A stretch of DNA of 64,000 nucleotides from Candidatus Eiseniibacteriota bacterium (GTDB taxonomy: Bacteria > Eisenbacteria > RBG-16-71-46 > CAIMUX01), in assembly GCA_903844735.1 (NCBI GenBank), contig CAIMUX010000047.1:107862-171861 (forward strand). The letters are read 5' to 3'. The position numbers and the translations under genes were made by a program. Positions within the stretch are counted from its first letter, which is position 1; every line of letters starts with the position of its first letter. Shown here piece after piece: positions 56,201 to 63,826 of this stretch. The notes beneath the pieces were generated by a model that saw only the letters and a program-made list of their open reading frames with translations, ran no database searches and was not told where the DNA came from.

Positions 56201-56292
56201 ACCGTGGTGTGCGCGTTTCGGCGGGCGCTTATTTTGTCCGCGTGCGGACGGCCTCCTCCGAGGTCAGCCGGAAACTACTGGTGGTTCGGTGA
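53260..56292 (+). CDS. Secreted subtilisin-like serine protease (S8) with a dockerin-like module and a FlgD-Ig/T9SS-type C-terminal domain
   Basis: Signal ..AAASALVLTCLFCV. Catalytic triad contexts VGLIDSGIDHTH (Asp), HGTHCAGIAAG (His), SGTSMAAPHVTG (Ser). Dockerin-like duplicated Ca loops GDANQDHVVNILDVVVTVNDIL..ADVDGSNSVSIPDVVLIVNLIL (about 55327-55497). Tail ..VPNPTYG..VTITVFDAAGRSVRDLW..LAWDGRDDRGVRVSAGAYFVRV (about 56020-56289). The ORF-track start at 52879 is rejected. Confidence 0.85.
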   Translation: MEETMMRAFFWIRTARIAAASALVLTCLFCVTESPALGVTPGGESMRVPLAAGAGKVDPWLRLALATPGHSVARLMPVARNIEIAGSSLDDLRYPVLLRTTLDDAELVARGVVPDSRAGDIVTATLTPGQLGMLAADPAVSLIEASRWLPSALDVSVPETRADLVNNVGDPPAGYTGRGVIVGLIDSGIDHTHADFQKPDGTSRILYIWDHQREGAAPAGYGYGYEYTKAMIDGGQANQHVDQVAHGTHCAGIAAGDGSSLANHPYRGVAWEADIIAVRNGGSCDVFCYGGGVPPWDTGGYLYGQNGGTKGSIDGLNYMIAKAKALGKPLVVNQSQGVGKGPHDGTTLFEQAYDQLVTDPQKNLIICIAAGNEQQMASHGQVAVPAGGSASFTLSKTWSSTQGDVSNFYMDFECWYPAGRQFRWEVRAPGGTTLQIPASVPASQYPYQWTARPDTVVYWTATQHPANNQGYANFVIQNWRSGIETGTWTVRAIDEGGTGGTVDLYVERNQYTAKVVQGLSLDNIVSMPGTADQVITVASYNSKLSWIANDGQPYQATNENPVGDISTFSGWGPRRDGAAKPDLAAPGAWVMSVLATGSQPDPRQVGPGGKHKIISGTSMAAPHVTGTVALMLQKKPDLLAAEVKSILQQTARQDGFTGAVPNAKWGSGKLDAKAAVDAVRLGGSCATTPGDANQDHVVNILDVVVTVNDILGVTPLDESGRGCADVDGSNSVSIPDVVLIVNLILQPSAPAPQVEDGAKAAPLAWERELTRDALRFRVDGARVGGLEMSVILARGWRLGSQAPADGAVAAGVAAPGAGAAGAGMAAADVRIIGAAFGVSVQAHEENGVCRLVAYAPSGGALGSGPVTLEIPLVQIFDGGVGPEGIEVARVIAADPVGRPLVLASTPSLDGDDGDAGDARVLLPATAVPNPTYGVSRVRYRLWDDGPVTITVFDAAGRSVRDLWDGMQTGGSHELAWDGRDDRGVRVSAGAYFVRVRTASSEVSRKLLVVR

Positions 56293-56347
56293 GCCGGCGT
56301 GGCCGGCGCCGCCGACTCTCGATGCTCTGCCTGAAAGGGGAGACACC

Positions 56348-58867
56348 ATGAAGCGCTGGATCCATGTCCTTACACTGGTGCTGGTCTTCGCGGCGGCGCT
56401 TCCCGCCCTGGCGGCGCGACTGCGCGACATTCCGGTGACGCTCCACCAGCCCGACGGCACGGCTGTGCCCTGTTTCATCTCCGGCGATGAGTATTTCCGC
56501 TGGGCTCACGATGCCAGCGGTTTTGTTATCATCGACGATCCGGCCGACGGGCGGCTCGTCTACGCCGCGGCGCACGACGGCCGATGGGTGCCGACCGCAT
56601 GGGCCGTCGGCTCCGTCGACCCGGCCGCGGTCGGGCTCACTCCACGCCTCCCGATTCCGATGGAGGACGTGCGCCGCCGGATCGGGCTGTTCCGCGACCA
56701 CGCGCCAAAGAACCGCCCCCTCGACGACGGCCGCCCGAAGACCGGCCAGTTCAACAACATCGTCATCTTCGTACGTTTCCAGGACCAGACGGAGTTCCCC
56801 GAGCAGGTCAGCCATTACGGCGACATGTTCAACTCCACGGGTGCCGGAGCGAACTCGATGACGAACTACTACCAGGAAGTCTCGTACGGGCAGTTGTCGG
56901 TCACGACCAGTTTCTTCCCGCAGTCGAGCGCCACGGTCCTCTCGTACCGGGACTCCCACCAACGCAGTTATTTCTCGCCGTGGTCGCCCACGAATAGTGC
57001 GGGGTACGACACCACCAACTACGGAATCGAAGGCGCGCAACGCCTGCACACGATGCTGCAGGCCGCGGTCAATGCCATCGCGGCGCAGGTGCCGGCCGGC
57101 CTCAACATCGACCGGGACAACGATGGGTTCGTGGACAACGTCTGCTTCATCGCTCGCGGGACATCCGATACCTGGTACGACTGGCTCTGGCCTCACATGT
57201 GGCAACTCATGGAAGGCTACGAGGCCTCCATCAACGGAAGGCAAGTGAGCACCTACAACTTCCAGTTGGCGGACATTCTGAATCTGTCCGCGGTCGGCAA
57301 TGGGGTTCTCTGCCACGAGATGTTCCACTCGCTCGGCGCGCCGGACCTCTATCGGTACGAGGAAGGAAACGGCACCTTCTTCCCGGTCGGGGCGTGGGAC
57401 CTGATGGAGGACAACCGCAACCCGCCGCAGCACATGTTGACCTACATGAAGTACCGCTACGGTGGTTGGATCTCCTCCCTCCCGGTGATCAGCAGCAGCG
57501 GGACGTACACCCTGCAGCCGGTGACCTCATCCACCGACAACTGCTACCGGATCAACTCGCCCAACACGACCGGCGAGTACTTTGTCGTGGAGTACCGGAG
57601 CCGGGCATCTTCCGACTTCGAGTACCAAGTGCCCGGTTCCGGCCTCATCGTCTACCGGATCAACACCGCCGTGACCGACGGGACCGGCAACATGTTTGGC
57701 CCGCCCGACGAGGTCTATGTGTACTGTCCCAACGGCACCAACACCGAGACCGGTTTGAAGGATAACGCATTTTACAACGCGGCGGTGGGGCGAACTTCCA
57801 TTACCGACCTGACCAGCCCCTCGGCATTCCTCGCCGACGGTCAACCGGGTGGGCTCAATATCACCGCCATCGGCCCGATCGATGACACCATGACCTTCAC
57901 GGTGACGATCAGCGGGGGCTCGGTCTCCTGCGCTACGCGCGCGGGCGATGCTACCGGCGACAGTCAGGTCAACGTCACCGACCTTGTTGCCACCGTGAAC
58001 GACATCCTGCTTACGCACCCGCTGGCACCCGGTGCCCGGGCCTGCGCCGATCTGATGGAGCCCATCGGGACGGTGAACATCCAGGATCTCCTGGCCATCG
58101 TCGACTTGATCCTCCACCCCGGTGCGCCGGGGCTGACGGCGGCATCGGAGCCGGGTGATTCGACCTCTCCGCCGTTGTCGTTGCTCGCTGAGCGGACCGC
58201 GGGAGAGTGGCGTCTGACCTTTGATGGGGGCATCGTGGCGGGAATACAGGTGGCATTGCCCTTTTCGGCGATGCCGTCGTCGGCCCCGCGGCTCGAGGGG
58301 GGTGCGCCCGGCGTGAACGTTGGTTGGGACTTCCAGGGTGGGAAGCTCCGGCTCTTGGCCTATGCGTCCGGCGGCGGCGCGCTCGCGCCCGGGGCATGTA
58401 CGTTGGTGTTGCCGGTGCTCTCGTCCGCGGAAGTCATTCCCGACGGCGTGGTGGATGACGAAGATCGGGTGCTTGACGGGGCGCTGCGACTCTCCTCGGC
58501 TCCCGCCCTGCTCTTCGCTAACGCCGAAGGGCACGCCCTGCCGTTCGTCTTCACGGCGGCCGCCGGTTCATCGACGTCTGCCTCGTCCGCGCAGGTCATC
58601 ACCATCGCGCCAAACCCCACCCGAGGGACGGTGCGGTTGCGGCTCGCCGGCATGCCTCCCGGGGCCGTTATCCGCGTGCGGGCGTGCGACGCCGCAGGCC
58701 GGGTCGTGGCCGGGTTCACGGCTCCCCCCTCCGCCGGCGATGGCTCGGTCGTGGTCGAGTGGGACGGTCGGGACCTCCACGGCACGCCTCTGCCGACCGG
58801 CGTGTACTTCCTGATTCCCGAGGGCGGCGCCCGGGGGAGATGGACGAAGCTCTTGATGGTTCGCTAG
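56348..58867 (+). CDS. Secreted M6-family (immune inhibitor A-like) metalloprotease with a dockerin-like module and a FlgD-Ig/T9SS-type C-terminal domain
   Basis: Signal MKRWIHVLTLVLVFAAALPALA. M6-type N-region (QFNNIVIFVRFQDQ..; NYYQEVSYGQLS) and zinc site LCHEMFHSLGAPDLY (HExxH at 57314-57328). Dockerin-like GDATGDSQVNVTDLVATVNDIL..GTVNIQDLLAIVDLIL (about 57944-58110). Tail ..IAPNPTRGTVRLRL..VEWDGRDLHGTPLPTGVYFL. The ORF-track start at 56117 is rejected. Confidence 0.8.
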   Translation: MKRWIHVLTLVLVFAAALPALAARLRDIPVTLHQPDGTAVPCFISGDEYFRWAHDASGFVIIDDPADGRLVYAAAHDGRWVPTAWAVGSVDPAAVGLTPRLPIPMEDVRRRIGLFRDHAPKNRPLDDGRPKTGQFNNIVIFVRFQDQTEFPEQVSHYGDMFNSTGAGANSMTNYYQEVSYGQLSVTTSFFPQSSATVLSYRDSHQRSYFSPWSPTNSAGYDTTNYGIEGAQRLHTMLQAAVNAIAAQVPAGLNIDRDNDGFVDNVCFIARGTSDTWYDWLWPHMWQLMEGYEASINGRQVSTYNFQLADILNLSAVGNGVLCHEMFHSLGAPDLYRYEEGNGTFFPVGAWDLMEDNRNPPQHMLTYMKYRYGGWISSLPVISSSGTYTLQPVTSSTDNCYRINSPNTTGEYFVVEYRSRASSDFEYQVPGSGLIVYRINTAVTDGTGNMFGPPDEVYVYCPNGTNTETGLKDNAFYNAAVGRTSITDLTSPSAFLADGQPGGLNITAIGPIDDTMTFTVTISGGSVSCATRAGDATGDSQVNVTDLVATVNDILLTHPLAPGARACADLMEPIGTVNIQDLLAIVDLILHPGAPGLTAASEPGDSTSPPLSLLAERTAGEWRLTFDGGIVAGIQVALPFSAMPSSAPRLEGGAPGVNVGWDFQGGKLRLLAYASGGGALAPGACTLVLPVLSSAEVIPDGVVDDEDRVLDGALRLSSAPALLFANAEGHALPFVFTAAAGSSTSASSAQVITIAPNPTRGTVRLRLAGMPPGAVIRVRACDAAGRVVAGFTAPPSAGDGSVVVEWDGRDLHGTPLPTGVYFLIPEGGARGRWTKLLMVR

Positions 58868-59381
58868 CCAGGACCGCGTAACGGGGTTGTTCGCCGACGG
58901 GTTCCGTCACCGATCCGATGGGGCCCATCCTTGCATGATGCACGGTGGACGGGCTTCGCACACGCACCCTGCGAGAGGCTACTTATCAGGCCGAGCCCTT
59001 CCTTCCGACCCCTACGCGCGATCGTGCCCATCGTGTCATTCCGGCCGATTCCGGGTCAATTGCCCCAACTACGACTCGGTCGCTTCCCGGTCAGCACCGG
59101 GCCGCAGACCGAGCCTTCACTCTCACTCTCCCGTGTTCCTTGCCGTGCTTCAGGTTGGGCGTTGCGTAGGACCGCTCGCTCTTGGCCTCGATGAAGCCTG
59201 AACGGCGGCACGCCGGTTGCCCCATCCATCCTTGGGCGGCTTCGATCGAGCCGATTCGGGGCGGTCAAGCTCAACCCCCGGAGCGTCCGGCCCGATACAT
59301 GCAACAACCTTTGCGGGGAAGACGGCCCTGGGTATCCGGGGTGCGGCGACCAGGCCAGGAGACACAGTGTTCACCACCGAG

Positions 59382-60320
59382 ATGACACGATCGCACGGCA
59401 GGATCCTGATTGTGGAGGATGAAGATGTCCTCCAGACGGTCCTGAAGTACCAACTGGAGCAGGCCGGGTACGAGGTCGAGGTCGCCGGCGATGGCCTGGA
59501 AGGGCTGAAGGCGGTGGAAGCGAACCCGCCCGACCTTATCCTGATGGATGTCATGATGCCGGGAGTGGACGGGAACGAGGCCTGCCATCGACTCAAGTCC
59601 TGCCAGCGCACGCGGCAGATCCCGATCATCATGCTCACGGCGATGGCCGGAGCGGACGACAAGATCCGCGGCCTTGATCAAGGTGCTAACGACTACATCA
59701 CAAAGCCCTTCGAGCGGAAGGAACTGCTGGCGCGGGTCGGCAATCTTCTCGAGTGGGGGCGGCTCCAGCGCGACTCCAATCCGCTCACCGGCCTGCCGGG
59801 CAACATCAGCATTGAGGCCGAGCTGAGCCGTCGGATCGAGGAGCAACTGCCGTTCGTCTTCATGTATGCAGATCTCGACAATTTCAAGCCGTTCAACGAC
59901 TTCTACAGCTACCAGAAGGGTGACCAGGCGATCCGTCTGGTGGCTCTTCTTCTGCAGAGAGTGGTGGAGCGGGAAGGAAGCCCAGGCGACTTCGTGGGTC
60001 ACATCGGCGGCGATGACTTCGTGATGATCCTGGACGCCGAGCGCGCCCGCCGCGTCGGGGACGACTTCGTCCGCGAGTTCGATTCTGAGATTCCTGAGTT
60101 GTACAGCAAGACCGATCGGGCTCGGGGCTTCACGCAGGTGTTGAACCGCAAGGGAGAGATCGAGCGGTACCCGATCATGACTGTGACCATTGCCGCGGTC
60201 TCCAACGAGGCAAAGAGCTTCACGCACGTGGCGCAGGTCTCTGACATTGCCGCCGAGTTGAAGCACCTTGGAAAGCAGCACGAGGGGAGCGTCATCGTCT
60301 GGGACCGCCGCGAGTCCTGA
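59382..60320 (+). CDS. Response regulator: receiver domain fused to a GGDEF-family domain with a GGDDF active-site motif
   Basis: REC: ILIVEDEDV..PDLILMDVMMPGVDG..ITKPF. GGDEF-like: PLTGLPGN..FMYADLDNFKPFNDFYSYQKGDQAI..FVGHIGGDDFVMIL. No RxxD I-site in front of GGDDF (the sequence is SPGDFVGHI). An alternative GTG start lies at 59367. Confidence 0.85.
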   Translation: MTRSHGRILIVEDEDVLQTVLKYQLEQAGYEVEVAGDGLEGLKAVEANPPDLILMDVMMPGVDGNEACHRLKSCQRTRQIPIIMLTAMAGADDKIRGLDQGANDYITKPFERKELLARVGNLLEWGRLQRDSNPLTGLPGNISIEAELSRRIEEQLPFVFMYADLDNFKPFNDFYSYQKGDQAIRLVALLLQRVVEREGSPGDFVGHIGGDDFVMILDAERARRVGDDFVREFDSEIPELYSKTDRARGFTQVLNRKGEIERYPIMTVTIAAVSNEAKSFTHVAQVSDIAAELKHLGKQHEGSVIVWDRRES

Positions 60321-60353
60321 ACACGACGCGGAGACCACGCACGGGAGGTTACT

Positions 60354-60752
60354 GTGGATCGCAAGCGAATTCTGGTCGTCGACGATGAGATCTACATCGT
60401 TCACATTCTCGAATTCACCCTCACCATGGAGGGGTACGAGGTTCTGACCGCGGCCGACGGGGAAGAGGCCCTGCGGCGGCTGGAGCAGGACCGCCCCGAT
60501 CTGGTGGTGCTCGACATCATGATGCCGAAGGTGGACGGCTACGAGGTGCTTCGTCGCATCCGGGCCGACGAGGAGTTCCGGCAACTGCCGGTGATTCTCC
60601 TGTCGGCGAAGGGGCGGCCCATCGACCGCGACACCGGCCTGGAGATCGGTGCCGATGACTATATCGTGAAGCCGTTCAGCCCGCGGCGGTTGTTGGAGAA
60701 GATCCAGGATCTCTTGGAGCGGGCAAAGCTGAGCCAAGTCTCTAACTACTAG
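60354..60752 (+). CDS. Stand-alone CheY-like response regulator receiver protein
   Basis: ILVVDDEIYIV..PDLVVLDIMMPKVDGYEVL..LSAKG..ADDYIVKPF. GTG start. Confidence 0.85.
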   Translation: MDRKRILVVDDEIYIVHILEFTLTMEGYEVLTAADGEEALRRLEQDRPDLVVLDIMMPKVDGYEVLRRIRADEEFRQLPVILLSAKGRPIDRDTGLEIGADDYIVKPFSPRRLLEKIQDLLERAKLSQVSNY

Positions 60753-60911
60753 CGGTCGCGTTGCGCCGCTGCGAGTCTCGCGCGGCGGGCTCCGGGTGCG
60801 TTCCCCTCGCCCGGGCCCGCCGCTTCTTCTTCTCCCTCGGGGCTCCGGCGTCCCGTCCCGCAGTTCCCCGCAGGTGCGCGGCGTCGTCCCATCGGCTAGT
60901 CTTGCCCCGCC

Positions 60912-63095
60912 ATGCCTCCCCGCAAACCACTCGCGCAGGTCGCTGTCCCCCTGGGGCTGCGCCGCGTCTTCAGCTACCGGGTGCCGCCCGCGCTCCATGA
61001 CGTGCTCCGGATCGGTCACCGCGTACGCGTCCCGTTCGGACCACGCCGCGCCTACGGCTACGTCGTTGGCTTCACCACCGAGGTGCCCGACGCGAAGCTC
61101 CGCGCCATCACCGCCATCGAACCCCAGGAAGTCGTCTTTACCCCGGAGATCCTCCGCCTGACACGGTGGGTCGCGGACTATTACCTCACGCCGTGGGGAC
61201 AGGCGTTGGAGGCGGCACTCCCGCCATGGGTGCGGCATGGCGGGGCGCTGGTTCCCCGGCGCGCACCGCGGGGGGGCGGTGGCGCCCCAGCAGGGGGCGC
61301 GGCGGTGGGTGGCGACGGCGGGGGCGGGGACGGCAGTGGCGGGGTCGGCGCGTGTGGCGGGTTCGACACCGCTTCGATCGCCTGCGTTGCCGACGGTGGT
61401 CTCGGTGCAGTCTCGATCGCCGGCGGGGCCGGGGCCGAGCTGCCACTGGTTCTCCAGGCCGAGCAGGTGGTTGCCGCGGCCGCGGTGGCGGAGGCGCTCG
61501 CGACCCGCCGTTTCACCTCCCTGCTCCTCCTAGGTGTGACCGGAAGCGGCAAGACCGAGGTCTATCTCGACGCGGCACAGCGGGTGGTGGCCGAGGGCGG
61601 AGGCGTGCTCTTTCTAGTTCCGGAGATCGCCATGGGCACGCAGATCCTCTCGCGGGTGTTGCGCCGGTTTGGCGGGAAGGCCGGGCTCTACCACAGTCAG
61701 ACCGGGGACGCCGAGCGGCGGCGGGTCTGGAACGAGGCGCGCACCGGGCGCCTGCCTGTGGTGGTGGGGACGCGCAGCGCCGTCTTCGTGCCGGTGCCGG
61801 ACCTGCGCCTGGTGGTGGTCGACGAGGAGCACGAATCGGCCTACAAACAGGACGACACCCCGCGCTACCACGGTCGCGATACCGCGGTGATGCGTGCGCG
61901 CATGGAGAATGCGGTGATCGTCCTCGGGTCGGCCACGCCGTCGCTGGAGAGTCTGTACAATGTCGAGGCAGGGAAGTATCGGCTCCTCCGCCTGCGCGAG
62001 CGTATCGACGCCCGGCCGCACGCTCGGGTCACCCTTGTCGACCTGAACGAGGCGCGCGGCGGTGATCCTCCCGAGCGCGGTCGGCCGCGGTCGATGAAAC
62101 TCCCCGCGCCGGTCCTCTCGCCGCCCCTGCTGCGCGCCATTCAAGAACGGATCGATCGGGGCGAGCAGTCGATCCTCTTTCTCAACCGGCGCGGCCACTC
62201 CACCATCGTGCAGTGCTCCGCCTGCGGCGAGGCGCTCAACTGCGAGCAGTGCGATGTGGTGATGACGTTTCACAAGCCGGACGGGGTGATCCGTTGCCAC
62301 TACTGCAGCGCGTCCCGGCACGTCCCGGCGGCGTGCCCCTCGTGCCGGGGGGAGCGGTTCCTCTACAACGGCGTGGGTACCCAGAAGGTGGAGGAGATGC
62401 TGGTCTCGGCGTTCCCCACGGCGCGGCTGGCGCGGCTCGACCTGGACGCGGTGCGCAAACGCGGCGCCCATGGCCGCGTCATCTCCGCCATGGAGCAGGG
62501 CGAGGTGGATATTCTCCTCGGCACACAGATGGTGGCCAAAGGGTTCCATTTCCCGCGGGTCACGCTCGTGGGGGTGCTGCAGGCCGACCGCGAGATGCTC
62601 CAGCCCGATTTCCGCGCCGGCGAGCGCGCCTTCCAGATCCTGACCCAGGTGGCGGGCCGCTCCGGTCGCAGCGAAACGGCGGGCGAGGTCGTTTTCCAGT
62701 CGTTGATGCCGGGGCACCCGGTGATCGCCGCGGCGGTGATCGGTGACTACGCCGGCTTCGCGAGCCGCGAGCTGGAGCTGCGCCGCACGCTCGGCTACCC
62801 GCCGTTTCGCCGGATGACCGACATTCTCGTGGACGGGAAGGACGCTGACCATGTCCGTCGCCGGGCCGAGGCGCTGTGCGATCTGCTTACCCCGCACGAG
62901 GGGGTGGAGATCCTGGGCCCCGCACCCATGCCGCACGCGCGGCTGAAGGGGCGCTACCGTTGGCACCTCACGCTGCGCGGTCGCTCGGTGGCGAAGCTCC
63001 ACGCCGCGGCGCTCGCCGCCCTCGAGGCGCCCGCGCCGGCGGGGCTTTCCGGGACTCGACTCATGGTGGATGTCGATCCGGTGGGGATGTCGTAG
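60912..63095 (+). CDS. priA: Primosomal protein N' (replication restart helicase PriA) with a Gly-rich insertion
   Basis: N-terminal VAVPLGLRRVFSYRVP..RVRVPFGPRRAYGYVVG, Walker A GVTGSGKTEVY, DEEH box, Cys-rich Zn region CSACGEALNCEQCDVVMTFH..CHYC..CPSCRG, and C-terminal ..RYRWHLTLR. Confidence 0.9.
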   Translation: MPPRKPLAQVAVPLGLRRVFSYRVPPALHDVLRIGHRVRVPFGPRRAYGYVVGFTTEVPDAKLRAITAIEPQEVVFTPEILRLTRWVADYYLTPWGQALEAALPPWVRHGGALVPRRAPRGGGGAPAGGAAVGGDGGGGDGSGGVGACGGFDTASIACVADGGLGAVSIAGGAGAELPLVLQAEQVVAAAAVAEALATRRFTSLLLLGVTGSGKTEVYLDAAQRVVAEGGGVLFLVPEIAMGTQILSRVLRRFGGKAGLYHSQTGDAERRRVWNEARTGRLPVVVGTRSAVFVPVPDLRLVVVDEEHESAYKQDDTPRYHGRDTAVMRARMENAVIVLGSATPSLESLYNVEAGKYRLLRLRERIDARPHARVTLVDLNEARGGDPPERGRPRSMKLPAPVLSPPLLRAIQERIDRGEQSILFLNRRGHSTIVQCSACGEALNCEQCDVVMTFHKPDGVIRCHYCSASRHVPAACPSCRGERFLYNGVGTQKVEEMLVSAFPTARLARLDLDAVRKRGAHGRVISAMEQGEVDILLGTQMVAKGFHFPRVTLVGVLQADREMLQPDFRAGERAFQILTQVAGRSGRSETAGEVVFQSLMPGHPVIAAAVIGDYAGFASRELELRRTLGYPPFRRMTDILVDGKDADHVRRRAEALCDLLTPHEGVEILGPAPMPHARLKGRYRWHLTLRGRSVAKLHAAALAALEAPAPAGLSGTRLMVDVDPVGMS

Positions 63096-63139
63096 GCTTC
63101 TTGGGGCACCCCCTGACCCCGCTGTGGTATCCTCACGGC

Positions 63140-63826
63140 ATGCCTGATGCCAGCACCTTGATCGCCGCGGCCTCGCTCATCTGCTTCGACAACGACGGGA
63201 CGCTCTTCGCCTCGCACGAGGTGGCGAACCCTGCCATCCAGCGCTGTTTCGTCTCCTTTTGCCGGGAGCACGGCCTGGACCTGCCGCCGCCCACCGACGA
63301 GGAGATCTGCCGCCTGACCGGCAAGCCGGGGCCTGAGTTCTACTACGAGGTTCTTCCCGAGCCGCTGCAGGGTGAATCGGAGCGCTTCCGTGAGCTTTGC
63401 CTCGAGGAAGAGGTGCGGGAGGTTCTCGCGCGCGGGCGGCTCTTCGACGGGATCGAGCCGATGCTCGTCGCGCTGCGCGCCGCCGGCCGACGGGTGGTCC
63501 TGGTGACCAACGCCGGGGAGCGTTACCTCGGCGCGGTCCATCAGCGGGTCGGGTATCACCGCCTCCTCGACGGGGTCTACCACTTCGGGAAGGACGGCCA
63601 CACCACCAAGGGGGCGATGATTCGCTCCGCGATGCGCGATCATGAACGTCGTGATGCGATCATGGTGGGCGACCGGGACAGTGACCTGCGGGGCGCGCGT
63701 GACGCGGGGGTTCCGTTCCTGGGCTGCCTCTACGGCTACGGAACCCGGGAGGAGCTGGCCGGCGCCGATCTGCTCGTGCCCCACGTGGCGGGGATGGTCC
63801 GCGCGCTCGGACTTCTGACGGCCTGA
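63140..63826 (+). CDS. HAD-superfamily hydrolase (phosphoglycolate-phosphatase-like)
   Basis: Motif I ICFDNDGTLF, motif II VLVTNAG, motif III/IV ..K..MVGDRDSDLRGARDAG. The ORF-track start at 62876 overlaps priA and is rejected. Confidence 0.8.
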   Translation: MPDASTLIAAASLICFDNDGTLFASHEVANPAIQRCFVSFCREHGLDLPPPTDEEICRLTGKPGPEFYYEVLPEPLQGESERFRELCLEEEVREVLARGRLFDGIEPMLVALRAAGRRVVLVTNAGERYLGAVHQRVGYHRLLDGVYHFGKDGHTTKGAMIRSAMRDHERRDAIMVGDRDSDLRGARDAGVPFLGCLYGYGTREELAGADLLVPHVAGMVRALGLLTA

